Shown here: in pieces, positions 54,671 through 63,956 of the stretch
Numbering within the stretch: the stretch's first letter is position 1
Layout: each line of letters opens with the position of its first letter
Origin: an uncultured beta proteobacterium
GTDB lineage: Bacteria; Pseudomonadota; Gammaproteobacteria; Burkholderiales; SG8-39
Assembly (NCBI GenBank): GCA_963827595.1
Contig: CAWHBT010000008.1
Coordinates: 89,640 to 153,639 of the forward strand
DNA: 64,000 bases
Direction of reading: 5' to 3'
Translations under genes and position numbers: made by a program
Notes under the pieces: model-generated
The model's database searches: none
What the model was told of the DNA's origin: nothing
Seen by the model: only the letters and a program-made list of their open reading frames with translations

Positions 54671-56503
54671 ATGGAACGACAAACGCAGATCAACCTCTGG
54701 TACTTCGTGATCGCGGCGCTCGCCGCGATCTGGCTGCACAGCCTCTGGGTCCAGTCGCGGACGGTCGAGCCGATCACCTACAGCGAGTTCCAGAGCTATC
54801 TCAAGGACGGCAAGATCGCGGAGGTGGCGATCCGGGAGAACACGGTCGAGGGCAAGTTCAAGGAGCCCCTCGCGGATGGCCGCACCAAGTTCGTCGCCGT
54901 CCGGGTCGACGAGGGCCTCGCCAAGGACCTGCAGCAGTACAACGTCAAGTTCACCGGGGTCATCGAGAGCACGTTCCTGCGCGACATCCTCGGCTTTGTG
55001 CTCCCGGCGGTCGCGTTCTTCGGCCTGTGGTGGTTCGTGATGCGCAAGTTCGCCGAGAAGCAGGGTCTCGGCGGCGGCTTCCTCTCGGTCGGCAAGAGCA
55101 AGGCCAAGATCTACATGGAGAAAGACGTCAAGGTGACGTTCGACGACGTCGCCGGCGTCGAGGAGGCGAAGGACGAGCTGAAGGAGGTGGTCCAGTTCCT
55201 CAAGAATCCCAAGGACTACGGCCGGCTCGGCGGGCGCCTCCCGAAGGGGATTCTCCTCGTCGGCCCGCCCGGCACCGGCAAGACGCTGCTCGCACGCGCG
55301 GTCGCCGGCGAGGCCGGCGTGCCGTTCCTGTCGATCAACGGCTCCGAGTTCGTCGAGATGTTCGTCGGGGTCGGGGCGGCCCGCGTCCGCGACCTCTTCG
55401 AGCAGGCGCGGAAGCTCGCGCCGGCGATCATCTTCATCGACGAGATCGACGCGCTCGGCCGGGCGCGCGGCGCGTACGGCGTCGGCGGCCACGACGAGAA
55501 GGAGCAGACGCTCAACCAGCTGCTCGCCGAGCTGGACGGCTTCGACTCGTCGACCGGGCTCGTCCTCCTCGCCGCCACCAACCGCCCCGAGATCCTCGAT
55601 CCCGCCCTCCTCCGCGCCGGCCGGTTCGACCGGCAGGTGCTGGTCGACCGCCCCGACAAGCCGGGCCGGGTTGCGATCCTGAAGATTCACCTCAAGAAGC
55701 TGAAGCTCGCCGCCGACGTCGACCCGGAGAAGATTGCGGCGCTGACGCCCGGATTCTCGGGTGCCGACCTCGCCAACCTTGTGAACGAAGCCGCGCTCCT
55801 TGCGACGCGCCGCGGCGCTTCGGCCGTAGCACTTCAGGATTTCAACAACGGGATCGAGCGCATCGTCGCCGGGCTCGAGAAGAAGAACCGCCTCCTGAAC
55901 GAGACCGAGCGCCGCACCGTCGCCTACCACGAGATGGGACACGCCCTCGTGGCGATGACGCTGCCGGGCTCGGACCCGGTGCACAAGATCTCGATCATCC
56001 CGCGCGGCATCGGCGCGCTCGGCTACACGATCCAACGCCCGCTCGAGGACCGCTTCCTGATGACGACCGGGGAGCTCGAGAACAAGATGGCGGTCCTCCT
56101 CGGCGGCCGTGCGGCGGAGCGCATCGTCTTCGAGGAGATCTCGACCGGCGCCGCCGACGACCTCCAGAAGGTCACCAACATCGCGCGCGCCATGGTCACG
56201 CGCTTCGGCATGGTCGAGAAGGTCGGCCAGATCGCGTACGAGTCGGAGCAGAACCAGTTCCTCGCGACACCCGGCGGCGCGGTGAAGACCCGCGAGTTCA
56301 GCGAGGCGACGGCGCGCGAGATCGACACGGCGGTGAAGGAGATCGTCGACCGGGCCTTTGCGAAGGCGGTGAGGATCCTCACCGACCGGCGCGCGGTGCT
56401 CGAGCGCGGCGCGCGGCTGCTGCTGCAGCAGGAAACGCTGAGCGAGGACGACCTGAAGGCGCTCGAGGCGACGCCGACACCCGCGGCGGTCGCCGCGTCG
56501 TAG
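54671..56503 (+). CDS. ftsH: ATP-dependent zinc metalloprotease, FtsH family
   Basis: Two N-terminal TM segments. AAA+ Walker [14 protein letters not shown], Walker [32 protein letters not shown] and zinc site HEMGHAL. Confidence 0.93.
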   Translation: MERQTQINLWYFVIAALAAIWLHSLWVQSRTVEPITYSEFQSYLKDGKIAEVAIRENTVEGKFKEPLADGRTKFVAVRVDEGLAKDLQQYNVKFTGVIESTFLRDILGFVLPAVAFFGLWWFVMRKFAEKQGLGGGFLSVGKSKAKIYMEKDVKVTFDDVAGVEEAKDELKEVVQFLKNPKDYGRLGGRLPKGILLVGPPGTGKTLLARAVAGEAGVPFLSINGSEFVEMFVGVGAARVRDLFEQARKLAPAIIFIDEIDALGRARGAYGVGGHDEKEQTLNQLLAELDGFDSSTGLVLLAATNRPEILDPALLRAGRFDRQVLVDRPDKPGRVAILKIHLKKLKLAADVDPEKIAALTPGFSGADLANLVNEAALLATRRGASAVALQDFNNGIERIVAGLEKKNRLLNETERRTVAYHEMGHALVAMTLPGSDPVHKISIIPRGIGALGYTIQRPLEDRFLMTTGELENKMAVLLGGRAAERIVFEEISTGAADDLQKVTNIARAMVTRFGMVEKVGQIAYESEQNQFLATPGGAVKTREFSEATAREIDTAVKEIVDRAFAKAVRILTDRRAVLERGARLLLQQETLSEDDLKALEATPTPAAVAAS

Positions 56504-56516
56504 CCGCCCCCGCCGG

Positions 56517-57326
56517 CTAGATCTGGATCGCGTCGATCCGGTTGTGGATCGCGCGCAGGACCGAGAGCGCGGCGAGCGTCGAGGTCTTGGGGTTGTCGGC
56601 GAGCGGCCGTCCCTGGATCTCGACCCGCAGCTCGCCGAACGCGCCCTCCGCCTCGATGACGTGCACGTTTCCGGGGGCGTCCGGATCGGCGCTGAGGGAA
56701 ACCTCGGTCCGGTCGAACCCGAGCCCGGCAAGTGCAATGGTGGCGGCGACGTTGGCGTTTTGCGGAAAGAGCCGCGCCGCCGCGCCGGCATTGCCGGTGT
56801 AGAACTCGGTCGCGCCCGTCAGCGCCCCGAGGTTGCAGAGCTCCTCGGCCGGCGTTCCTTTCCAGGCCTCCGGGACCTTGCGCGAGGTGTAGCGCACGCG
56901 CTCCAGGCCGCCGTAGCGCGCGGCGGCGAGGGCGTCGACGCCGGCGACCGCGCCCGCCGGGATCATGAGCTTGCCCATGTGCGTGCGGCTCGCGCGCTCG
57001 AGGCGCTGCAGCACCAGGGTGTCGGTGAGCGCGCCCACCGAAGTGACGAGAAAGTCGGCGCCGCTCGTGAGGCAGTCCTCGCCGAACTCCGCGACCGCGG
57101 CGTGGCCCGCGCACTCGACCGCGAGCTCGGGCATGTCGGTCAGCTTCTCGTACCGGTCTACGACCTGCACCTCGCCGGGCACGAACTCGTCGACCCGCGC
57201 CTTCACGTCCTTCACGTACTGGCTGCGCACCAGGATCGAGAGCCGGACGCGGTTCGCCTCGTTCTGGAGCGCCCGGGCGACGTGGCGTCCGACGGCGCCC
57301 ATGCCGATCAACAGGATATGGCGCAT
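56517..57326 (-). CDS. nadX: L-aspartate dehydrogenase
   Basis: Start MRHILLIGMGAVGRHV (Rossmann fold). C-terminal ...NPKTSTLAALSVLRAI is typical of the NadX family. Confidence 0.8.
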   Translation of the reverse strand: MRHILLIGMGAVGRHVARALQNEANRVRLSILVRSQYVKDVKARVDEFVPGEVQVVDRYEKLTDMPELAVECAGHAAVAEFGEDCLTSGADFLVTSVGALTDTLVLQRLERASRTHMGKLMIPAGAVAGVDALAAARYGGLERVRYTSRKVPEAWKGTPAEELCNLGALTGATEFYTGNAGAAARLFPQNANVAATIALAGLGFDRTEVSLSADPDAPGNVHVIEAEGAFGELRVEIQGRPLADNPKTSTLAALSVLRAIHNRIDAIQI

Positions 57327-57406
57327 CAGCCCTCCTTCGGCCGGCACTCTAACCGGGCGGCGCGCGGTCGAACAGCGCGGCGGCGGGCGACGCGCGCGAA
57401 AAAGGC

Positions 57407-57434
57407 TTGACAGGGCGCGGGGACCGGGTAGACT
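57407..57434 (+). promoter_or_regulatory. Sigma70-type promoter candidate for the Rieske/ThDP operon
   Basis: TTGACA (57407-57412), 16-nt spacer, TAGACT (57429-57434). Followed by an unusually AT-rich 57441-57475 segment. Confidence 0.5.
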
Positions 57435-57482
57435 TCGTCTCACATAAAAATCAATGTTTCATTAGTGATACAACGAGCCCCG

Positions 57483-57794
57483 ATGGCCCAGTGGCACGAC
57501 GTGGCAGCCGCCGGTGACGTGGCCGAGGACACCCCCCTCGCCGTCAAGGTCGGCGAACGCGAGATCGGGATCTACGCGCTGAACGGCAGCTACTACGCGC
57601 TCGAGGACGTCTGCCCCCACGCGTACGCACTCCTCTCCCAGGGTTTCGTCGACGGCGAGGAGATCGAGTGCCCCCTGCACGGTGCCAAGTTCCATATTCC
57701 CACCGGCAAGTGCACGAAGGAACCCGCCGACCGCGACCTCGCCAAGTACGAGGTGAGGGTCGAAGGCGGGCGGTTGTTCGTCAAGACGGCCTGA
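57483..57794 (+). CDS. Rieske [2Fe-2S] ferredoxin
   Basis: CPH...CPLHG ligands (DVCPHAYALL...EIECPLHGAKF). About 103 aa from ATG 57483; the track offers GTG 57465. Confidence 0.88.
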   Translation: MAQWHDVAAAGDVAEDTPLAVKVGEREIGIYALNGSYYALEDVCPHAYALLSQGFVDGEEIECPLHGAKFHIPTGKCTKEPADRDLAKYEVRVEGGRLFVKTA

Positions 57795-57799
57795 GGGCG

Positions 57800-58537
57800 A
57801 TGGCAGCGCTCCGCGATCGACGGATCCTGATCACGGGCGGCGCCCGCGGCCTCGGCCGGGCGTTCGCCGAGAGCGCGCTCGCCGCCGGCGCGCGCGTCGC
57901 GATCGCGGACATCCTCGAGGACGCCGGGCGCGCGTCCGCGACCGCGCTCGGGGCGACGTTCGTGCCCCTCGACCTCGCCTCCCCGCAGTCGATCGACCGG
58001 TGTGCGAGCGCGGCCGCGGCGGCGCTCGGCGGTCTCGACGGCCTCATCAACAACGGCGCGATCACGAGCTCCGGCGGCAAGACGCTCGAGGAGCTCGACA
58101 TCGAGACCTGGGATCGCGTGATGAGCGTGAACGTCCGCGGCACCTGGCTCGCCACCCGCGCCGCCCTTCCCCATCTGCGCCGCTCGGGCAAGGGCCGCGT
58201 CATCAACGTGGCCTCCGACACCGCGCTCTGGGGCGCGCCGCGCCTCCTCGCCTACGTGGCGAGCAAGGGCGCAGTGATCGCGATGACGAAATCGATGGCG
58301 CGCGAGCTCGGCGCCGACGGGATCACGGTCAACGCGGTCGCGCCGGGGCTCACGCTCGTCGAGGCGACCGAGTACGTGCCGGCCGAGCGCCACCGCGTGT
58401 ACGCGGAGGGCCGCGCGATCCAGCGCGCACAGGTGCCCGAGGACGTGTGCGGCGCCGTGACCTACCTGCTGTCGGACGCGGCCGGGTTCGTCACCGGCCA
58501 GCTGCTCGCCGTCAACGGCGGGTTCGTGATGCACTGA
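57800..58537 (+). CDS. Short-chain dehydrogenase/reductase (SDR)
   Basis: TGGARGLG cofactor motif, NNGA, and catalytic S...YVASK triad. Confidence 0.9.
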   Translation: MAALRDRRILITGGARGLGRAFAESALAAGARVAIADILEDAGRASATALGATFVPLDLASPQSIDRCASAAAAALGGLDGLINNGAITSSGGKTLEELDIETWDRVMSVNVRGTWLATRAALPHLRRSGKGRVINVASDTALWGAPRLLAYVASKGAVIAMTKSMARELGADGITVNAVAPGLTLVEATEYVPAERHRVYAEGRAIQRAQVPEDVCGAVTYLLSDAAGFVTGQLLAVNGGFVMH

Positions 58538-58561
58538 GCGGACTTTTCGTGGAGACACAAC

Positions 58562-59101
58562 ATGGCTGATCCGGCCGTCAAGGAACCCAAGACCAAGCGC
58601 ACCTGGGACCGTCCCGAGGGCGCGAGCTTCGAGCAGTGGATGGAGTCGCGCGTCGCGCGGCACGCCACCCGCAGGTACGACTGGGACGCGCTGAAGTTCC
58701 AGGCCGACTTCGACCCGAAGTACCGGCGCGCGCAGATGCGCTACGTCGGCACCGGCGGGACCGGCGTCAAGTCCGACACCAAGACCGTCCCGGCGGAGCA
58801 CTTCACGTTCTCGACCATGCTGCTGCCGGCCGGCGCCGAAGGACCGATGCACATCCACACCGACGTCGAGGAGATCTTCTTCGTCCTCCGCGGCAAGGTG
58901 AAGGTGATGTGCGAGAAGGACGGCCAGCGCTGGGAAGCCGTGATCGGCGACCGCGACCTCATCTCGATCCCGCCGGGGGTCTACCGCGGCGAGATCAACG
59001 TCGGCGAGGAGGACGCGCTGATGTGCGTGATGCTCGGCGCGCCCACGCCGATCACGCCGACCTACCCGGCCGATCACCCGCTCGCGAAGATCAAGCGCTA
59101 G
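58562..59101 (+). CDS. Cupin domain protein
   Basis: Cupin metal motif region GPMHIHTDVEEIFFVLRG...PPGVYRGE; 179 aa. Confidence 0.75.
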   Translation: MADPAVKEPKTKRTWDRPEGASFEQWMESRVARHATRRYDWDALKFQADFDPKYRRAQMRYVGTGGTGVKSDTKTVPAEHFTFSTMLLPAGAEGPMHIHTDVEEIFFVLRGKVKVMCEKDGQRWEAVIGDRDLISIPPGVYRGEINVGEEDALMCVMLGAPTPITPTYPADHPLAKIKR

Positions 59102-59113
59102 CGCCGTCCGGAC

Positions 59114-59971
59114 ATGCCCCTCGACCTCGCGCCCGCCGCCGCGCTCGTCGCTCGCTACGCACTCGCGCAGCGGGCCGCCGGCGCCGGCGCGGTCTCCTAC
59201 CGCGAAGCGGGCGCGGGACCGGTGCTCGTCCTCCTGCACGGCATCGGCAGCCAGTCCGGGTCCTGGGTGCGCCAGATCGAGGCACTCGCGCCCCGCTTCC
59301 GCGTCGTCGCCTGGGACGCCCCGGGCTACGGCGAGTCCGATCCGCTGCCGGGCGCCACGCCCTCCGCCGCCGACTACGCGGCCGCGCTCGCGGCGCTGCT
59401 CGAGGCGCTCGACATCGAGCACGCGGTGCTCGTCGCGAGCTCGCTCGGCGCCCTCGTTGCCGGCGCGTTCGCGGCCCGCTGGCAGGAACGCGTCGCCGGC
59501 CTGGTGCTCCTGAATCCCGCCGGCGGCTACGGGCGCGCCAGCGCGCAGGACCGCGAGGAGAAGCTCGCGGCGCGGCTCGAGCGGCTCGCGAAGCTCGGCC
59601 CACGCGGGATGGCCGAGGAGCTCGCGCCCGGAATGCTGTCGGCGAGCGCTTCCGCCGAGGCGCGCGCGCTCGCGGCGTGGAGCACCGCCGCGCTCCGTCC
59701 GGACGGCTACGCGCAGGCGGCGCGGATGCTCGCGAACGGACGGCTCGTCGAGGACGCCGCGCTCTACCCTGGCCCAGTGCTGGTCGTCGGCACCAGCGCC
59801 GACACGATCACCCCGCCCGCCGGATGCGAGCAGATCGCGCGCGCGTTTCCACGCGGGCGCTTCCGCCTGCTGGAAGGGCCGGGGCACCTGTCCTATCTCG
59901 ACGTCCCGGCGGCCGTGAACACCCTGATCGCCGAGTTCGCGGCGCGCGACGTCCGGGAGGCTGCGGCGTGA
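59114..59971 (+). CDS. Alpha/beta hydrolase
   Basis: HG oxyanion motif VLLHGIG, nucleophile elbow ASSLG and late GPGH histidine; 285 aa. Confidence 0.85.
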   Translation: MPLDLAPAAALVARYALAQRAAGAGAVSYREAGAGPVLVLLHGIGSQSGSWVRQIEALAPRFRVVAWDAPGYGESDPLPGATPSAADYAAALAALLEALDIEHAVLVASSLGALVAGAFAARWQERVAGLVLLNPAGGYGRASAQDREEKLAARLERLAKLGPRGMAEELAPGMLSASASAEARALAAWSTAALRPDGYAQAARMLANGRLVEDAALYPGPVLVVGTSADTITPPAGCEQIARAFPRGRFRLLEGPGHLSYLDVPAAVNTLIAEFAARDVREAAA

Positions 59972-60753
59972 CGCCCACCCTGCCCCGGTACAACGTCCCC
60001 GGCCTCGAGCGCGGCCTGCGCCTGCTCCAGCTCTTCGACCGCGCGCGGCGGGTCCTGACCGCCGCCGACATGGCGCGCGCGCTCGACATCCCGCGCTCGA
60101 CCGCGTTTCGCCTCGCGCAAACGCTCGCGCACCTCGGGTTCCTCGAGCGCGAGGGCGACAGCTACCGGGTCGGGCCGGCAGTGCTGCGGCTCGGCTTCGA
60201 GTACATCGCCTCGCTCGACGTGGCGGAGCTCGCCCGTCCGGTCGTGGAGCACCTGCGCGACGCGACCGGCTTGTCGGCGCAGCTCGTGATCCGCGACGGC
60301 CGCGACGTCGTGGTGGTGCTCAAGGCGTCGCCCGTCTCGACCTTCGCGAGCAACGTGACCGTCGGCACGCGGCTCCCGGCGCACGCCACGACCCTCGGCC
60401 GGGTGCTGCTCGCCGACGCCGACGACGCGACGCTGCGCGCGCTCTATCCGGAGCCGGCGCTGCCGCGGAGCTCGCCCCAGTCGCCCCGCACGCTCGCCGA
60501 GCTGAAGCGGCTGCTGCGCGAGGATCGCGCGCGCGGCTACGCGGTCAGCGAGTCGTTCTTCGAGCAGGGGATCTCGGCGGTCGTGGCGCCGGTGCGCGAC
60601 CGGATCGGCGCGATCGCGGCCGCGATCAGCGTGACCGCGCAGCGCCCCACCCTCGAGAAGGAGCTGCGGGAGCGGCTGGTCGCCCAGGTGCTCGGCGCCG
60701 CCGCCGAGCTGTCGCGTCAGCTCAACTATCGTCCGGCCGAAGCGGCCGCGTAA
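59968..60753 (+). CDS. IclR family transcriptional regulator
   Basis: GTG 59968 overlaps the hydrolase TGA (GTGA). wHTH LTAADMARALDIPRSTAFRLAQTLAHLGFL followed by an IclR effector domain. Confidence 0.88.
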   Translation: MTPTLPRYNVPGLERGLRLLQLFDRARRVLTAADMARALDIPRSTAFRLAQTLAHLGFLEREGDSYRVGPAVLRLGFEYIASLDVAELARPVVEHLRDATGLSAQLVIRDGRDVVVVLKASPVSTFASNVTVGTRLPAHATTLGRVLLADADDATLRALYPEPALPRSSPQSPRTLAELKRLLREDRARGYAVSESFFEQGISAVVAPVRDRIGAIAAAISVTAQRPTLEKELRERLVAQVLGAAAELSRQLNYRPAEAAA

Positions 60754-60767
60754 GGAGGAAGCGAACC

Positions 60768-61136
60768 ATGGCAGAGCGAGGCGTGATGCGGACCCACCTG
60801 CCCGCGGCGAACGCCGCGGAGGTGATCCCGGACCTGAACCCCTACCTCGAGGCGTATCGGAACCCGCGCGCGAGCCAAGGCGGCGGCGCGGGACACATCT
60901 TCGCCACGGCGGAGCGCGACCTGATCCAGTGGCAGACGCGCCCGGCGGTGCCGGCCGAGTACGAGAGCACGCTCGCCGATGCGCTCGAGCAGATCTTCGC
61001 GCAGCGGACCTACGACCTCGCGGAGATCGTCGCCGCGCTCAACCGCGAAGGCGTGCGGACGCCGTCCGGCGACGCCTGGACCGAGCGCAATTTCCAGGAC
61101 ACGCTGCGCGAGCTCGGCAAGCTCGCGTTCGGCTGA
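60768..61136 (+). CDS. Small protein with recombinase-like helix-turn-helix C-terminus
   Basis: 122 aa. C-terminal LAEIVAALNREGVRTPSGDAWTERNFQDTLRELG resembles the helical 'recombinase' domain of serine recombinases, but no catalytic domain is present. Confidence 0.65.
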   Translation: MAERGVMRTHLPAANAAEVIPDLNPYLEAYRNPRASQGGGAGHIFATAERDLIQWQTRPAVPAEYESTLADALEQIFAQRTYDLAEIVAALNREGVRTPSGDAWTERNFQDTLRELGKLAFG

Positions 61137-61151
61137 TCACAGGAGGCGTCG

Positions 61152-62198
61152 ATGGTCGATCCTCAAGCAGTCGAGCGGCTCGTCAATCGCGGGCTGCTGA
61201 ACCAGTGGTACCCGGTGCTGCCGAGCTGGGCGGTGGCCGGCGCCCCGGTCGGCATCACCCGGCTCTCCCAGAACCTCGTGCTGTGGCGTGACGAGAAGGG
61301 CGCGGTACGAGCGATCGAGGACCGCTGCCCGCATCGCGGCGCGCGCCTCTCGCTCGGGTGGAACCTCGGTGACCGGCTCGCATGCTGGTACCACGGCGTC
61401 GAGGTCGACGGCACCGGCACCGTGCGCAAGGTCCCGGCGGTGGACCGCTGCCCGATGGAGGGCGAGCGCCGCGTGAAGAGCTATGCGGTGCAGGAGGTGC
61501 GCGGCGGGATCTTCGTCTACTTCGGCGACGCGCTCCATCCCGAGCCCTGCCCGCTCCAGCTCCCCGAGGAGCTCACGAGCGAGGAGTACGGCGCGATCCT
61601 GTGCTTCGCGAAGTGGAAGTGCAACTACCGCTACGCCATCGACAACGTCATGGACCCGATGCACGGCGCCTACCTGCACGCGGTGTCGCACTCGATGGCT
61701 GCCGGCGACAAGACCGCGAACATGCAGATGCGCAAGACCCCGACCGGGATCATCTTCGAGAAGACCGACCAGCGCGACGTCAACTTCGACTGGACCGAGT
61801 TCGGCGACACCGGCGCGATGTGGCTCCGGCTCGCGATCCCCTATCGCCCGAGCGCCGGTCCCGGCGGCAACTTCGGGATCTGCGGGTTCGTGACCCCGGT
61901 CGACGAGGACAACTGCCTGGTGTTCTTCTGGCGCACGCGCAAGTGCACCGGATGGGTCCGCGACGTCTGGCAGTTCATGTTCCGTACCAAGCTCGAGGGA
62001 CTGCACTGGGCGGTGCTCGAGCAGGACCGGTTCGTCCTGGAGAACATGGCCCCGAACGCGCGCGCGCACGAGTTCCTCTACCAGCACGACACCGGCCTCG
62101 CGCGGCTGCGCCGCATCCTCGAGCAAAAGGCGAAAGCCCAGCTGGAGGCGCTCGAGAAGGCGATCGCACCGGCGCCCACGGCGCGGTCGGCGGCGTAG
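61152..62198 (+). CDS. Rieske non-heme iron oxygenase, alpha subunit (KshA/phthalate-family, no beta subunit)
   Basis: Rieske CPHRGARLS...CWYHG. Mononuclear iron motif NVMDPMHGAYLH. 348 aa. Confidence 0.9.
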   Translation: MVDPQAVERLVNRGLLNQWYPVLPSWAVAGAPVGITRLSQNLVLWRDEKGAVRAIEDRCPHRGARLSLGWNLGDRLACWYHGVEVDGTGTVRKVPAVDRCPMEGERRVKSYAVQEVRGGIFVYFGDALHPEPCPLQLPEELTSEEYGAILCFAKWKCNYRYAIDNVMDPMHGAYLHAVSHSMAAGDKTANMQMRKTPTGIIFEKTDQRDVNFDWTEFGDTGAMWLRLAIPYRPSAGPGGNFGICGFVTPVDEDNCLVFFWRTRKCTGWVRDVWQFMFRTKLEGLHWAVLEQDRFVLENMAPNARAHEFLYQHDTGLARLRRILEQKAKAQLEALEKAIAPAPTARSAA

Positions 62199-62267
62199 CC
62201 GCGGCTCCCTTGCGCATGGGCGGCGCCACCGACACCTTCATCGACGTCTCAGGGGGACCTTCCCGCC

Positions 62268-63956
62268 ATGTCTGACCGCAAGCACCGCCTCACCGTGGGC
62301 GAGCTCGCCGCCGCGTTCCTCGAGCAATGCGGGGTGCACGCCGCGTTCGGCGTGATCTCGATCCACAACATGCCGATCCTCGACGCGTTCGGCCGCCGCG
62401 CCGCGGCCGCCGCGGCCAAGGGGCAGCCGGCGCCGATCCGGTTCGTGCCCGCGCGGAGCGAGCCCGGCGCGGTGAACATGGCCGATGCCCACGCGCGGGT
62501 CTCCGGCGGGCTCGGCGTCGCCGTGACGAGCACCGGCACCGCGGCCGGCAACGCGTGCGGCGCGATGGTCGAGGCGCTGACCGCCGGCACCCCGGTCCTG
62601 CATCTCACCGGGCAGATCGAGGTGCCCTACCTCGACCGCGACCTCGCCTACATCCACGAGGCGCCGGAGCAGCTCGACATGCTGCGCGCGGTCTCGAAGG
62701 CGGCGTTCCGCGTGCGCAGCGCCGAGACCGCGCTCGGCACGCTCCGCGAGGCGGTCCGCGTCGCGCTCACCGCGCCGCGGGGACCGGTGAGCGTCGAGAT
62801 CCCGATCGACATCCAGGCCGCCGAGATCGAGGTCCCGGCCTCGCTCGCGCCGGCCGAGATCGCGCCGCCGCAGCCGAGCCCCGCCGAGCTCGACGCGCTG
62901 GCCGAGCGCCTCGCCCGGGCGCGCCGGCCGCTCCTCTGGCTCGGCGGCGGTGCGCGCCACGCCGGCGACGCGGTGCGCCGCCTGATCGACCTCGGCTTCG
63001 GCGTCGTGACCAGCGTGCAGGGACGCGGCATCGTGCCCGAGGACCACGCGCGCTCGCTCGGCGCGTTCAATCTGCACGGGCCGGTCGAGACCTTCTACGC
63101 GAGCTGCGACGCGATGCTGGTGGTCGGCTCGCGCCTGCGCAGCAACGAGACGCTGATGTACAAGCTGAAGCTGCCTCGGCCGCTGTACCGGATCGACGCC
63201 GATCCGCAGCAGCAGGGCCGCTGCTACGCCGACGACTTCTTCGTCCGGGGCGACAGCGCCGCCGCACTCGCGGGGCTGGCGGACCGGCTCACCGGCCGGC
63301 TGAAGCCCGACCCGGCGTTCGCGCGCGACCTCGCCGCGGCGCGGGAAGCTGCCGAGAAACTGGTGCGCGACGGGCTCGGACCGTACGGCGAGCTCGTCGC
63401 CGAGCTGCAGCGCGCCGCGGGCCGGAGCTTCGTCTGGGTGAGGGACGTCACCGTCTCCAACAGCACCTGGGGCAACCGGAGTCTCCGCATCTTCGGGCCG
63501 CGCGACGGCGTCCACGCCCTCGGCGGCGGCATCGGCCAGGGGGTGCAGATGGCCATCGGTGCCGCGCTCGCGGCCGGCGACCGGAAGACGCTGTGCCTCG
63601 TCGGCGACGGCGGGCTGCAGGTCAACATCGGCGAGCTCGCGACGCTCGTGCAGGAGAAGGCGGACGTCGCGGTGGTGCTGATGAACGACCGCGGCTACGG
63701 CGTGATCCGCAACATCCAGGACGCGCAGTACGGCGGGCGGCGCTACTACGCCGATCTCCACACGCCGGACTTCGCGGCGCTCGCGCAGTCGATTGCGTTG
63801 CCGTTCCAGCGCGTGCGCAGTCTCGACGGCATCGGCAGCACCCTCAAGGACGCGCTCGCGCGCCGCGGTCCGGTGCTGATCGAGGTCGACATGACCGCCG
63901 TCGGGCCGTTCGCGAAAGCGTTTGCCGGCCCGCCCGTCAAGAAAGCACTGGCATGA
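62268..63956 (+). CDS. Thiamine diphosphate-dependent enzyme (acetolactate synthase/benzoylformate decarboxylase superfamily)
   Basis: 562 aa. N-terminal Pyr domain. ThDP-binding motif GDGGLQVNIGELATLVQEKADVAVVLMNDRGYG. Confidence 0.88.
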   Translation: MSDRKHRLTVGELAAAFLEQCGVHAAFGVISIHNMPILDAFGRRAAAAAAKGQPAPIRFVPARSEPGAVNMADAHARVSGGLGVAVTSTGTAAGNACGAMVEALTAGTPVLHLTGQIEVPYLDRDLAYIHEAPEQLDMLRAVSKAAFRVRSAETALGTLREAVRVALTAPRGPVSVEIPIDIQAAEIEVPASLAPAEIAPPQPSPAELDALAERLARARRPLLWLGGGARHAGDAVRRLIDLGFGVVTSVQGRGIVPEDHARSLGAFNLHGPVETFYASCDAMLVVGSRLRSNETLMYKLKLPRPLYRIDADPQQQGRCYADDFFVRGDSAAALAGLADRLTGRLKPDPAFARDLAAAREAAEKLVRDGLGPYGELVAELQRAAGRSFVWVRDVTVSNSTWGNRSLRIFGPRDGVHALGGGIGQGVQMAIGAALAAGDRKTLCLVGDGGLQVNIGELATLVQEKADVAVVLMNDRGYGVIRNIQDAQYGGRRYYADLHTPDFAALAQSIALPFQRVRSLDGIGSTLKDALARRGPVLIEVDMTAVGPFAKAFAGPPVKKALA

